A DNA stretch of 64,000 bases, taken from NCBI GenBank assembly GCA_030265395.1, contig JARFYF010000104.1:79684013-79748012 (forward strand). The letters are read 5' to 3'. Positions 1 through 14,500 of this stretch are shown one piece after another. The position numbers and the translations under genes were made by a program. The notes below the pieces were generated by a model. The model had not been told where the DNA came from. It was given only the letters and a program-made list of their open reading frames with translations, and did no database searches. The stretch is from Rhina ancylostomus (lineage: Eukaryota). Numbering within the stretch: position 1 is the stretch's first letter; each line of letters begins with the position of its first letter.

Positions 1-2442
1 AAATTTTAAGAAGTCATTGCTGCATTTTCTGGAAAATTAATTTGATCACAATAATTGGTTTTCAAATAAGCACATCGTGATTGAGTGCAGGATTATCTTG
101 CCAAATAATGGTTCAATTAGTAGACAAACTGAATTTTACTGCATCAAGCAATACTTCATTTGACTTTGATTAAATGTAGAGCAAATGGTTTAAAGATAAA
201 AACCATGCAGAAGCAGAAGTGAAGCAGATGACATTGTCTGTTGCTTCATTGGGCAAAATTATGGCTGATCCAATTTTGACCTCCTTTCTTGCCAATTCCC
301 TAAGCACTGGATCTGCTACAATCCAAAACTCAACCTTGAATACAATTTCATTACTTAGTATCCACATTTGAGTCAGCAAATTCCAAACAGACAAAAATGC
401 CTCATTTCAATCTTGAAGGTTCAGTTCATTATCTCAAGAAACTGTTTCCTAGTTCTAGCCTCCACCACCGAGAAATATTAGTATCTGAAAAGCAAAAAAC
501 TGCAGATGCTGGAAATCCAAAATAGAAAATGTTGGAAATACTCTGGTCAAACACCAACTGTGGAGGGGGGAAATCTGAGTTTACATTACCATGACCTCAG
601 CTGATCAGTTCTCATGGGTTAAACATTAATTCAATTTTTCCTGGTATCCAAGTTCTAGTAGATTTCTACGTGCCTGCTCTCACATTTCCCCATTTACTTC
701 CCCTCCAGACATATCAGCTGCAATTAAGCCTTCATCACACACTCAGCTGACACCAATACCATCCCATTTAGTCCCCACCTGACAGATGTTCTTTTCATTC
801 TGCATCTCCACTTCTCTGCAACTTGAAACATGCTCAGTATCTACCTTGTTAAGCAACCCATTTCAAGATCACATAAGGGGGCTATTAAGCATCTCCTCAC
901 AACAACCAATCTTGGGAATCAATATGATGAAACTACACTGCCTCCACCCATCATCCCTCAGCAAAACTGGAAACAGTATTCCAGGTATAGTCTCAAATCC
1001 TGTGCAGTACAAAAACCTCTTAAAATAAAGGCCAACATTCGATTTGCTTTCTTAATTAGCTTTACTTGCATGCAACTATTCATATTTTTCTGCTTAAAAT
1101 TTCATGTGCCATATCTGTCCATTCAACCTGCCAGGAATCACCCTCCATTACTGGTCTTTAGCTCAGCAAGCTTCCAGGTCGCATCATCTGCTGATTTAGA
1201 AATTGCACACTGTACATATTACAGTCAATATTAATCTGTAGTCCTCATTCAGACCATGGGAAAATGCCGTGCACTGATCCAGTCCAAAAGAAAAACATTA
1301 CCACCATTCACTGAGCCAATTTTCTATCCATACTGCTACTAACCCTTTTATTTCATAAGCTTCAGTTTTGATGGAAAGATGGACACAGCACTTCAAATCT
1401 CTTTTGAAAGTCCATCTTCAAGAAAAAAAAAACTTCCTAATTAACCCACATCTCAAAGAGCTCCAGTTTAACATTGCTTGCCTTTATTAAATCTGCACTG
1501 GCCTTTCCCTGAATCCATCTATATTTGCTCAAGTGACTGCTAATTTTACCACTGATCATTTCTAAGAGTTTAAGATTTCACTGACTGGCCTGTAGAAGCT
1601 GTGTTTATCCTTTCATCTTTAACAAAGAATGTGACATCCACAACTCTTCAGTTCTCATGCACCACCCCACTCCTACACATTTCAAGAATAGCCAGTACCA
1701 CCAGAATTTCCATTATTGGCTTGCACTCAGCCTAGGGTGTATGCAATCAGAACCAGGTGTTTTATCCACTTACAGCTCAACATTTCTTTATCATTTACAA
1801 ACCATACTTCCAATTTGCTTTGTGACCAATGCATCAGCAGCACAATTTGATCTTCATTCAATCAAAAGATGATCAACAAGGCCACAGTGCCAGAAGTTCA
1901 TTTTCAAATTGCCAAGTTCCAATTTGCGATCAGTTTATCACAACCAATGCCTTCACGTTGTGCAGACATCTTTTAGAAACCCTAGTAACAAGACCAGTGG
2001 ATTTGTCAGGCCCAAGTCCCATTTATCTCATACTTCCTCTATAGCTAAAGTTCCACCATGCTTTTTGTCCATTATTTTTTGGCATGTTTTTGGCTTTTAT
2101 TGCAAAGAAAAACCTTAATATCTTTGCAATTTTTATATTCCCATTAATTTGTCAACTGCTGTGGGAACAATGTTTGCTTTGACCATTCTACACACATTTA
2201 TTTTCTTCCCAAACTATACATCCTCCTCTGCAATTTAATTTTGGTTTAAACAAATGGACAGTTAGACAAGAGGCAGACAGATGGAAAAGCATCACTATTT
2301 GATGCTGTGGATTTTTGGTTGCCTGGAAGAGAACAGTCCAAGTTTCAGAAAGTACAAGATTATATTTACAACACAACAGATTTACCTTTTTAAAAAAGAG
2401 CAATATCTTTGCCAAGAATGTCCAGGTAGAGGAAATACTTAC

Positions 2443-2586
2443 TTCTCTTATCTCCTCTTTTGCTTGCTGCATTTTGTCAGGTTTATTTGCATATTGAAGT
2501 TTAGCGTCAGCTTCCCTTTTCTTTTGCAGGGTGGCCTGTGCATCCTGCCATTTCTGCCAGCATTTCATTCGATAATCAAATACACC
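2443..2586 (-). CDS. SNX2: SNX2 exon 12 (BAR)
   Basis: ctgcag|[48 protein letters not shown]|gtaagt; 144 nt. Confidence 0.97.
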
Positions 2587-5500
2587 CTGCAGCAAAACAA
2601 ATCTGCAATGCAACTTCTTGTTCAGCAAGTTGAGATTTGGAAGGCAACTTATAAATCCAGCAATTATACATTAGTCCATCACACTGTGGTTGGGGATCTT
2701 TCCGGAATAATGAGAATGAGGAAAGCAACTGCAACCAAATGATGCCATTTTAAAAGATGTAGGTAGGAACAGTGGACAAATCAGAAGCTGACACAGAAGT
2801 TGAGAAGCTATTAAAGCTGATGGGATAGAACACAAAAATATGTTACGTTAAACCTTACCGGTTAAACCTTAGACATCAGCTCCAGCACTGAACAATTCAG
2901 GGCATGTTTGAGTATGTTACAGGGAAGAGGCAGTTATGTGGCAATACAAAGCTGGGAGCTGTTCTCACATGAAAAGGAAAAGATTTGATGTTTAAATCAG
3001 CACAAATGGATTTGGGATAAAGATTAACCAAAATATATTTAAGGTGATAGGCAAAAGAACAGGAGGAAATCAAGAAAATAACTTTAGTAAAATATTAAGC
3101 CAATTGCCCATACATCAAGCTTAATCAGAACAAGAAAACTAATCTCAATTCTAGTTTAACTGTAAAGATTCCCATTTATTGAATATCTGAACATTTAAAC
3201 TACAATTTCAACTTCTCTCCATCCCAACAGTAGCTGGTACCCTTCCTAGAATGGGCACTTCAATCTGTACACTGTGCATCAAGAGTTGCGCTACACATTA
3301 CTTTATCATACTTATACCATTATTGCCAGGAAGTCCCTCATGGTGGTTTAATTCCACCAAGTTTTATGCATTCTGCAGTGGTTGATGAGGCTACTGTGGA
3401 GCCTGACTTGTGCAACACATGGTGCAGTCAGAATGTGCACAGCTACTTCTATACTTGGGCTTGTAATCCTACAAATGAGCAGACACAGCCAGGAATTTGA
3501 GACTGGTTACAACAGTGAAATGTTTAACTACCAGCATTTCAGCAAACTGTTGTATTTGAATTCATTCACATCCTGCACCTTTCCATACTATTTTGAGCCC
3601 CATCTCAGAATGCATATGCACCTCTCCCATATTACAAATTAAATTAGTACACCTTAGACTCTACAGGGTATGAGATTATGCAACCACTCTGAAATACACA
3701 TTTAAAAATAAATGGAATGCAGCAAAATTGCATCTCACAGAGTAAATCACTTAAGGCCTCTAGAAATCTGAATAATAAACTCATTTCTTGGATTAACCAA
3801 TTTTCTATCCAGATTGTTTCCTCATATCAATTGCCTGAAATGTATTTTGTGAAATTTTATTCAAGTTAGAAGGATGCAAGATATTCTTAAATGGGTCCTC
3901 AGGCCTTAAGTTATTCCAGTTAACAACCACATATTCCAAATTCCTATGCAAGCCAATTCAACATAATATTTGTGGATAGTTTCCCCCCATATAATCAGGA
4001 AGTAAAACTGAATATTTTTTTTTGAAATCATAAGTTGAACACCACCTCCCACATGCAGTGATTAAGATAAAATTAGCACTAACCAATAGAACATTATGCA
4101 AATGTATTTCATAGCATTCAAATTGTTCAGGGAACTTTAGTAAAGACTTAGTCCTTTAGTTCAAGATGGATTTACCACCATCTTTCTGGTGTTAGTGTAG
4201 AGAGATCAACTTCACTGAATATTGTTCATCTCAAGTTAAAAGTGGTATGAAACTACTCATTCACTTTTAACATCTTACAAACTTAACTAATGAAAAATTG
4301 CTAGAATAATTCCAAATCTACTTAACAGTTTACCTTTACAGAGGAGATGAGTCGAACATAATCACTTAGAAGTTCTGCAAATAAGAAAAAGTCAGCATTT
4401 GCTTGTTCTTGGTGAAGCTGGTCTATCTTCTCTTCAACTTCTGCTAACTGTGATAGTGCCCGTGACAGGGCAGTGTGGTCCTCAGAGTTACCCAGCATGG
4501 CTGCACTCTTGGCAAAGGCAGCTGTGTTGACTGAGAGTTCTGGACAAAAAAGGTGATTTGTACATGCCAAACATTAAAACCAATTTAAAATTTGACAAAA
4601 ACTTGCAAAGTAACTGCATCATTCCCCCAGGTGTGGGTCAAACTATTTTACCTCTCCAGAGTACTCTTGATTGTAGGATAGTTTGACATTTTGGATTGCT
4701 TATTATACAATCAGAAAGAGTCAATTAATCAAAAGATCCACACCAGCAGATAGCATGGTATTGAAGTACCTTTTGCATTAGGGTCGCCAAGAGAAGAAAA
4801 AGCTTTGCTAAACACTAGTAAACAAGGTCAAAGACCCGGTACTGGTAGGGCTGGCATTTGGTATCAATTCCTTCTGTCGATGGAATACATTTTAAGTATA
4901 GAAATTGTAGAGTTACTAGCCAAATCTTTACTGAGATGGAGGATTGCAAATGTTACATTAAGGATAAACCAAGTACTACAGGACAACTTGATCAGTGTGA
5001 ACATTTCACGTACCTATTTGGGAGAGGATAAAAGTAATGGCAAGTTTTTAAACATGCCTACAAGTGAAATATGAGTGGGAGTATTTAGCACCTAATGACC
5101 ATGCACTGAGTACAAGGCCAAAAGCCATCCATGAAATACCACATTAAACTTCAAATTAAATCCTCTGGAAAAAAAATAGCGTAGTAAAGGCGCAGGAAGA
5201 ACAGTTGTGTAGAATATACCGTAACACACAAATCAACTAGTTGATTTACACCAGATCAAGCTGGTAGCTGCCTTTTCATTAACCCATCACTATTAAATTC
5301 AGTATAATACTTCAAATCCTTTTCCCCTTACATTCCTATTGGCCACCCTTTAAGCCCCATTTACTTCCGTCAAGATGAATAGCTGTTCACACTGGAGGAT
5401 GGAATAACATTTGACTAGCATTTAATGCTATATTTTAGACCCTTCAAACGTTTTTGCAGAGGGGGGGGAACTACAGAATTGGATATCTGTGTGCACAAAT

Positions 5501-8500
5501 CTGACAAAGTTAACATTACAACAGCTATACAAACCAAATTTAGAAATCCTAATCCAATACAAAACCAGTTCACCTCGAAATGGAAGTGTCACCCACTATA
5601 GACATGAGGGCTTGAAAAGGGAGTGATTACTAGAATGATTTCCATGTCAAATAATTGACAGGAAACACTAATTATAGGAAGAGCTGAAATGAGACTAAAT
5701 GGATCATTTTTCTCTAAAGAGTTCAAATTTGATTGGCAAAACGGCCCACCATTGTACAATTCCATTGAAAGGTTGAACCTTACTTCAAGTGTGATTAATA
5801 GTGATAACACTGGAATAGCAACTAAATACAAAAGAACATGAACTAGGGATCATCTGGACATCAAATCTGACAGGTTACCAGGGTTAACTTGGCTGTCCTG
5901 TAATTATGAACAGTGCAATAAAAGTCCCTCTTTCCAAAATGACTATTTGCATCTCCAGCAATCCTTGAACCAAGGGACTTGTTAAGCTTTTTAAAAGGTG
6001 GTGTTGCTGATTGTAGATCTGGAATCAATTCAAACCAGGTATGGACATTAGATGGGTTGGAGAACAATCCAGTGATTTCACAATCAATCACAAAAACAGA
6101 TGTTAACATTTTATTCCACAATTTAGCAGAATTTAAAATTTCCTAGTTACCATTTTGATACTTCAACTGAACCATTAGTGAAATTTCTATAGCTAACTAC
6201 CATTTGCAAGTGGCTGCAGTAGCCTTGTTCTAATTTCAAGTGAAATTTGTAGAAGATAATCTTAGAAGTCAGATATGCAGGATGGATATGCAAACATTTG
6301 AACTGGGCTATATCCAGCAAGAACAAACCCGAAACTCAAAATATACACACCTTTTCTGTGGCAGACCAGGAGATCAACACTGTTTTGTAGTTTTCTTAAC
6401 TGCTGGTCCAGGTTTTCAAATTGCTGCTGCTTTTCCTCAAACCACTGTCAGATGAAGAATGGAGTTAATTTACCAAGAACAAATCATTACAAATTATGTT
6501 ACCACCAGTAAACCACTTTTCTTTTAAGGGAAAACAAATTAACTGTGGTCATGGTTTACACAATTTGACTGAATCAGGGAGAACATAAGCAAATAGCTAT
6601 CCATCTCATTGTCTTTTTACCCTTAGAAAGGAACTAGAAAATCTCATTAATTCATCTCATTAATCAGGTTCAAATATCAGCTCTTACTGCATCCGATTCA
6701 TTCATCTTGATTGTCATTTTGTTGACAGCATCAGCAGCTTTGTTCACCATCCTCAATATGCCTGCACCACTTAGAGCCTGGGTGCTAACCGCACGAGGCA
6801 GCTAGAATTGAATGACAAATAAGGGTGAGCAATCCTGTTAAAAGCCTTGGAGGTATCTAGTTAAAGTACAAGGACCACACCATTTTCTGCTCTCATGCAT
6901 TTCCATATACAGACTTCAACTCTCATACTACAGCTAACTCAAATGTTCCAACAAAAAGGCATCTTTTATAAAACCCAAATTGAGTATTACTATTTGTAAT
7001 AGACAGGTCCCAGTCCCATTTAAAACAATCAACTCAAAACATCAAGCCTGTTTTCATTGTTAGTTTATTAACTACCATCATATTTGCCTGGAATGAAAGC
7101 AACTTCATGCTTAAATTGATTGCACAGCATGATCTCATTAGATGGGCAAAATTTTGCTGGAGAGGGTGCCATACTGTCAGATTTACAAAACTGGCTGAAG
7201 CTGCTGGATGTGCTGAGCAGCTCTTGTTTTGCTGACATCAAGGAAGAGATGCTTGTCTTGGCACTATGCCACTTGGCTCTCCATCTCCTTCCTGTACCAT
7301 CTCGTCATTGTTTGAGACCTGGCCCACTGCAGTGGTGCCATCTGCAAACTTGTATATGGAGTTCGAGCTTTAGTATTAACACACCAAAGCTCTTCAATCT
7401 GGCTTCCACACAACATGTAGCAGTAGGCAATTCAGCTCCTTGTACCTGCTCCATTCACAACTCAAGATCATGCATCTTAGTGTCACTTTCATGCTCTAAG
7501 CCCACATCCCTCTACTCCTTTGATTTCTAGAAATCTACAGATCTGTCCAAATATACTAAATGATCAAGCCTCCACAACCCTCTTGGGTAGAGAATATGAA
7601 AGATGTACCACACTTAAGCTTATTCACAACTATCCTGACTGGCCATCCACAGAAGTTATGACTCTGGTTCTTGACATTGCAGCCAAGTGAGACATCCTTG
7701 TATTTACACCATATGACAAGAATTTAGTACATTCAGATCCCCTTTCATTCTCATTGTATACAGTAGTATACTCTGGGCCATTGTATTGGCCCAGTCTGCT
7801 TAAATTCCTCTTCTGCAGCAATGGCAAACCTTCACTTTCCTGCCTCTTGCAAGTCTCCTTAGGTTAGGGAAACCAGAAACACTCAAGGCTCTAATTCAAG
7901 CAAAACATCTCTTATATCCTCTTGTAACATACCATTTGCCTTCCTAATTACCAGCTGCATCTGCACATACACTAACCAAAGTCAACATGGATACCCAGGA
8001 CTCAATACTATTCATCCCATCTTTTTCCCACCTATTACCTTCCATCTGCCATTCCTTTAACCCATCTACATCCCAGAAGCCCTTCTGCATTTTCCTTAAA
8101 TCCAATACTACCACCCAGTTTTATCTGCACCCCTGGATATTACACAATCCCATTCCCTCTCCCCCTCAAGCCAATTGACAGATTGAACAGCTGGGGCCCA
8201 GTAACAATATCTGTATCACCCTTCTAGTCATAGCCTGCAGCCTAGACATTACTCAATTCCTACTATTGTATCTGGTTAAAGATTGGTTAACCTGCACCAG
8301 GACATTGCTTCTAAAAAGTGTTCTAATTGTTTAATTATCTTATGCAACATCTTGGCCTTCTGAAAGTTCAAGTACACTACATCTGGTTGGCCATCATCCA
8401 TTCTAGTTTCTCAAAATTAAAGAGATTTTGCACAAACATTTCCCTTTAATGTCAATTCCACCCAATCCTATTGTTTTTGTGTGCCCTGTTCCCACTCAGA

Positions 8501-11500
8501 TTTCAACATTTTCCTTATTACTGATGGCATGGATAACTGGTCTAGGGTTCAACATTCATTTCCTTAAACAGTTGGGTAGCATTTTCTCCCTTCTGATCTG
8601 TGGAAATTGGTCTAGAATATAGAATTTTAGATGAAAACCAGTACATCACCATTTCCATATCTGACGTTTACAAAACCCGAGGTTGCAGATCAGCAGGTCC
8701 TGCGGAATCTGCCAGTCCCCTCCTGTCTAGATTGAACAATTCCACTTCAGTTCACTCTTAGGCCCTTTTTGTAATCTTTAGGCAGTCCCCAATTGACAAT
8801 GCTGGGTTTCCATTGTTCTGAGGATTGAGGTCATCATGGAAATTACAGATGGGGCAAGTGTCTGATGGGATGTGTGGGTGGGTAGTACCAAGGTGGTGTG
8901 CTGATACTGGGCATCCGTGCGTTCCTGACATGGACAAAGTACTTGGTGCTATCCCAAATGCTGCTTCTTCAATGAGAAGCCATAGTCCAGGGATTCCCAG
9001 GAGTTAGTGAGGCCAAAGTACTTTTCCCAAGCAAACTTTAAGCAAGTTTGAGCTTAATTTCTATCTGCCTGATTGTCTATTCTAATCTGTTAAAAGAAAA
9101 TGGTTTCAGGATGTCTGGTGTCATTCATGCCTAATGGAATCGACAGTGCACGTAGGATCCCAATGCTAGAGGACATTGACCTGCAAGAAGGTATCAAAAA
9201 GGATTACAATGAAATGTTGAATTCTATTAACTGACTAAACCTCATTACTTTGACCTAGGTGTCAATTTTTGAGGGAAGATTAATATCTGACAAACAAGTT
9301 AGGTTTTCTATTTGGGACTTTGCCAGTGTCCATGTCACTCAGATAGAGGCAAGGTGTTCTTCGAGGCAAATAGTCAGGCCTGGCCACATAACATGTTCAT
9401 TCCCACTTATCCAAAGACCAGTATGGCTCCTGATGCAGAATCTTGACCTAAAGTGTCTACAATTCCTTCCTCCACACCTCCCCGTGCCCCCCCCNNNNNN
9501 NNNNNNNNNNNNNNNNNNNNNNNNNNNNNNNNNNNNNNNNNNNNNNNNNNNNNNNNNNNNNNNNNNNNNNNNNNNNNNNNNNNNNNNNNNNNNNATAATA
9601 TTGGACAAAACTATCCCCAAGTTGAAAATCATACTATAACAATGGTCTTTAGTCTCTCCTACCCACCACCACCTCCACCAATATCAACTGATTTACTCAA
9701 TTCCAACACTCCACACCTGATTGAGTTCAGATAACAGATCAGAGATCTAAGACCGCTGTGTGACAGTGCAATACTGTACCCACTTACCTAGGGATCACAA
9801 ACAATAGTCATGATAAACTCTCAAGAAACATTGAAATGTTTTGTTTTTAGAACCTACCTCACTACTTTCCAAAAAATGCCTCAAGTCAGGATCTTGCAAC
9901 AGGGTTGGATGCTTTATTGTGCGTTGCAGATATCTGCAATTTAAAATTAGTAACACTTTGTCCAGGGTCTAAAAGTTGTCTAGATATCCATTAGTGCACA
10001 TAATACTAAAGACAGTTTCTACATTTCAGATGTCAATTCTTCATATAAAACAAGGATTAGATTTTCATGCAAGGCATTCTGTTTGATACCAACAATACAC
10101 AGCCATTAATGACTCTGACCTTTTGATACATCAACAGGTTTTAAAAAAAGGGCAGAGAAATGTCAAGACTCCTCTGAAATGGAATTTTTATTCTGTGCAT
10201 CAAGGTGCACAAAATATCATACATCAAAGCCAGTCAAGATAAATACCAGACAGGTCTCATATCTAGACCACAATGTTTTGCAGCTCAATTACCTTGGGCA
10301 TGATTAATTTTGGTCCATGAGTGAAATTTTAATCTAGTTCCATCTGGGGAAAAAAAGCTGTGCGCTATTCTAAATCCCAAAGCTCATTTCCAAACCAGTG
10401 CAAATAGAGTTACCCCATAAAATCTTAAACTTGAGCTTCTAGTTTGGGTTAAGTGAAAATTAAATCTTCACTAACCAGTAATGGTAATTCTGCCTACAAA
10501 TCCGAGTGCCCAAAATGTGGCTGACCCGTGCCCTGTAGGCAAATTCTAATTTAACAAATCAAACCACCACCCCCCCACCCACCAACAGTGATAACCTCTT
10601 GTAAAAAGTGCACCTGCTCCATCGATACTGGCATGCAGCTGCAGCAAGAGGGTGAGAATTTGCTCCAGAGTGAACACACACCTCACCAGTACATTGTGCA
10701 AGATGCCATGCCATTGAATCCAGAAAAGATTTCAGGGTACAGTTTACTACATTGGCTGACTTGGTCATTTTAAATGCCATCAATAAGCATCAGCAAATGG
10801 GAGAAAGTGCAGGAAAGCCAAATACTGTTGTTAAAATGCCAGCTTCTTGTATGAACTTTAATTCCCATTTCATTGACTGTTTCTCTCTGCTATAGCATGT
10901 AATTTTGTAGGCACTGTAACAAATCTTCAGCAGGATTTATTAACACAAGTTTCCTCAAATTTCTCCCAGAACTCAGAAAACATCTGGCAGATTCCACCAA
11001 TAGCGACCATTTCTCAAAGCTAGACTTGGGTGGCTAATCAAAAGAATGATAAATGCTCTTCTCTGATTAAAACACTGGAAGCTTCAAGTTTGAGCACCAA
11101 GTGTATATTTGAAGATTAAAAGTTCACCACAAATACTACAATACCTCTCAGGATCATGAAAACATGCAAATCTCACTTATTCCAGGCCCTTTACAAGTGT
11201 TAAAATTGGTGATAAATGAAGTCACACAAAGTAGCTGAAGGAACAGAACGAAATACATTAAAATTGATGGATAAAAACAACCAAAAATGATCAAAATAAC
11301 AAACTTTTTTGCTACAATAATAGCAACTACAATTCAATTTGCCAGAGACATTTAGAGAAAACAAATATTCAGCAAAAGTCTGTAATATTGAGTTGGGTAT
11401 TTCTTATAATAAAGGCTTCAGGAGATAAAAATCAGTAGTAGTTCAAGTCAATGACCTTTTGCAAACATTAAGTATTTTGCTCTTTACTGATGTGGTCTGA

Positions 11501-14500
11501 CTGGTTGAGTATCACCAGCATTTTCTGTTTCAAGCTTCAAGATTATAGGGAGGGTTTATCAGCCCTGACTTTTTCCATAGGAATCGAGATTGTTTCCTTT
11601 GGGAGATTGCATATTTGAAGGGAGGCCATGTTAGAGCAGAGCATCCAGCAATGGCTAGACAACACTGATGTAGCTGCTAACAAGAAAGTTCACAGTCAAT
11701 GGATAATAATTGCCAACTCATCAACATTCCTGTGTCTGCTGCAAGACCATACAGCAAACTAGAGTCACAAATAGTTAAAGGTCAAAAATTCACCGACTTC
11801 AAAGCTTCTCCCCAATTCAGAAAACAAGTCAGGAATATGATGAAATACTCCCATGAGCAACTCCAAACCATTTACATCTGTCAGACAGCAGCCACCATCT
11901 TAATCCTTACTCCCTCCACATCCAAGTGGATATTATTCATCTAAAGGCATTGCAGCAGTTTGTTCTGACTTCAGATATATGCATCACCTTTAAAAGCTGA
12001 AGGACAGCAAGTACCCAAAGGTAATATCTCAAATTAAGAAAGTATTATTTTAGATACTGGAACTTCATAAAGTACTTTTACCATAGGATCTAACAAGATA
12101 ACAGCTCAAATTTCAAATACTATTATAGATGAACGTTAAAAATGCTGGCCTTGGCAGTATCACAAACACTAAATGCATTAAAAATATTAAGTGGACCATA
12201 ACAATTTTAGTCTGCAAGGGGGATTTCTCTCAAGGGATTATCCCTATCAATTCCAAAATCTATTATTCAAAAGAACATCATCCAGGAATTTACTACCTGC
12301 CCATTGCCCCAAGTAGTTTATCAAAATGACAGCACTAAATTCCCCATAAAATTCAACTGTTAGGTCAAATGTAGACAACCAATATGTTTGTTGGTACAAG
12401 GAGTATGTTCAAAGTTATGGAGGATTCCCTCATTCCATTTAATTGTTGGAAGCAGATAATTTTAAAACAAGTGACAGATCTGATTGTGCACTCCAGTCTA
12501 AGAGTTTGTATTTTTAATTTTATTGACACGTTTCACTTTTCTGGTGTATAGTACTGCCAAATATAGATGGAAACAGCAAATGGTCCCCCAGATTAAAATT
12601 TAATTTGGGGGATCTTGCATTTGTTAATTCACTTTTCTAACTTCAGATATTTCAGTAGATACATCAGATTACACTAAGGATTGATCAAAAAGTTTCATGT
12701 TTCCAGGTTTATTTAGTTGATAAGCTTGTGCAATATTTCCAATTATAAATGACTTAACTGTTTATTTTAAATATCAACAATTCAAAGTGAATGTACCAGA
12801 ATAAGACAATGGTTATGTGATATTGCTAGATTTTTGAAAGCCAGTCAAATTGTTAACTTTTACAGCTTTTGGATTTGTCAGGGCTGATTAAAAGTACTGC
12901 TTCTGCACCTAGTGACATGCAACATCAGTGTGTGCATGGGTTAATTTTCAACATCTTGTCTGTAAATTTAGCTTTGTCTATTTACCAAAAAGGAGACCAT
13001 GTCTTACTTGACAAAATCCCATGCATGCCAGTTAACATCTACTTCCTTGGTAGAATACCTTGTGTGTAAACCAAAGATCAAGCCTTTTAACCATGCTAGC
13101 TAGGGTCAAGTGAGGGTAGAGTGGTGATGATAACTCAAGGGTTGATAATTCATTGCTAATTGTACTTGCTTCCAGAGTCTCAGCCCAAGATTAAAAACCT
13201 TGGTTGAGAAAGTTAATTGTCATCTTGTGACCATATAATTATAGGAAGTCTTCAATGAAGGGGTGCAACTACAAGTCAAAGCACTTCATTTCCCATATGA
13301 AATAACTACAAAGTCAGAATACCAAGCATATGTCAGCCTTCAAATTTGAGCCATTAGCATTCTTTAAAATTTACACATTTATTCTAAAGCGATTTACCTC
13401 TCCAATGATGCCCTCCTTTTTTCCACAAAATCAGCTGATGATGGATCTTCTTTTCCAACTTTGACTTTGGTCATGCCTTTCAGAATGAGAAACATTCTAA
13501 GTTCAAAACTGATGTACCACCAACTGATTTGCCCAATTTAGAGAACCCCAGTCAAGCACAGGAAACAATTCAATTTGTCTAAAGTTACTGTTTACATTAA
13601 AGGATCACGTGTTCTGGTAATCTCCCAGTTAGAAGGATAAAGAACTATTGTAATTGACAAATTCTCTTTGCAAAGTTTAAGGACAACTAGATTTAGAACT
13701 TAAGATCTCCCATTTATTATTTGGTCAGGAACCAGATTCGTAAGGAATTGAGAGGCAGAAACAAGACCAGCTGATGATGAAATACACTGCTCAAAACAGT
13801 GGAACCAATTTTTTTTTATATAAAAAACTTGAAGTGTACCTTTTGAGAGAACAACTAACCAAAACAAAGGTCAAATGGCATCTGGCAAGATATTACAACT
13901 AGATGAGAAGCAAAATCTCAGGTTCTGAAGGATACCAGTCCCAAAACATCAACTGTTTCTTTCCACAGGCATTGCCTGCCCTGCTGTTGTTCCCAATATT
14001 TTGTGTTTTTATTCTGATATTTCCTGAAATCAAAAATATCCTGTAGATTTGTTTTNNNNNNGTTGGCTGAGATTATGCAAACCACCCCCCCCCCCCCCCC
14101 CAGAATCATCACAGCTGACCAAAGATCTGGCAATATGGACTTTGCATTCTCCCCCGTCACCCCCATTGATATTTGCAATCAAATAAAACTCTGCCACACA
14201 GTGAGGTTATCTAGCTGGTTGAACAACTAATCCCACTGAGAACTCTCGGCAACAAACTAAGGCATTATATATTTAAACTAGCATGTTAAACGAGTGAAGA
14301 TCAAGACAAGATTATAGGTGGACATGGAAATATTGTCATGCCGAAAGCTGGTAGGTACCAAAATTTTAATTCAAAATGTATGAAATTTGGACCCTCATTC
14401 CCTCCCATCTCAAATTTTAAAAGATCAGGAAGTGCAGTAATTAGTTTAATAGACAACTCAAAAACCAATTACACTTCATTCAGCATGGTTAACACTGCAA

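Noticed and set aside
170-394. Minus-strand ORF as a possible SNX2 exon 13
   Set aside because: It does not match WEAKVQQGERDFEQISK; the remaining SNX2 exons lie outside the window.
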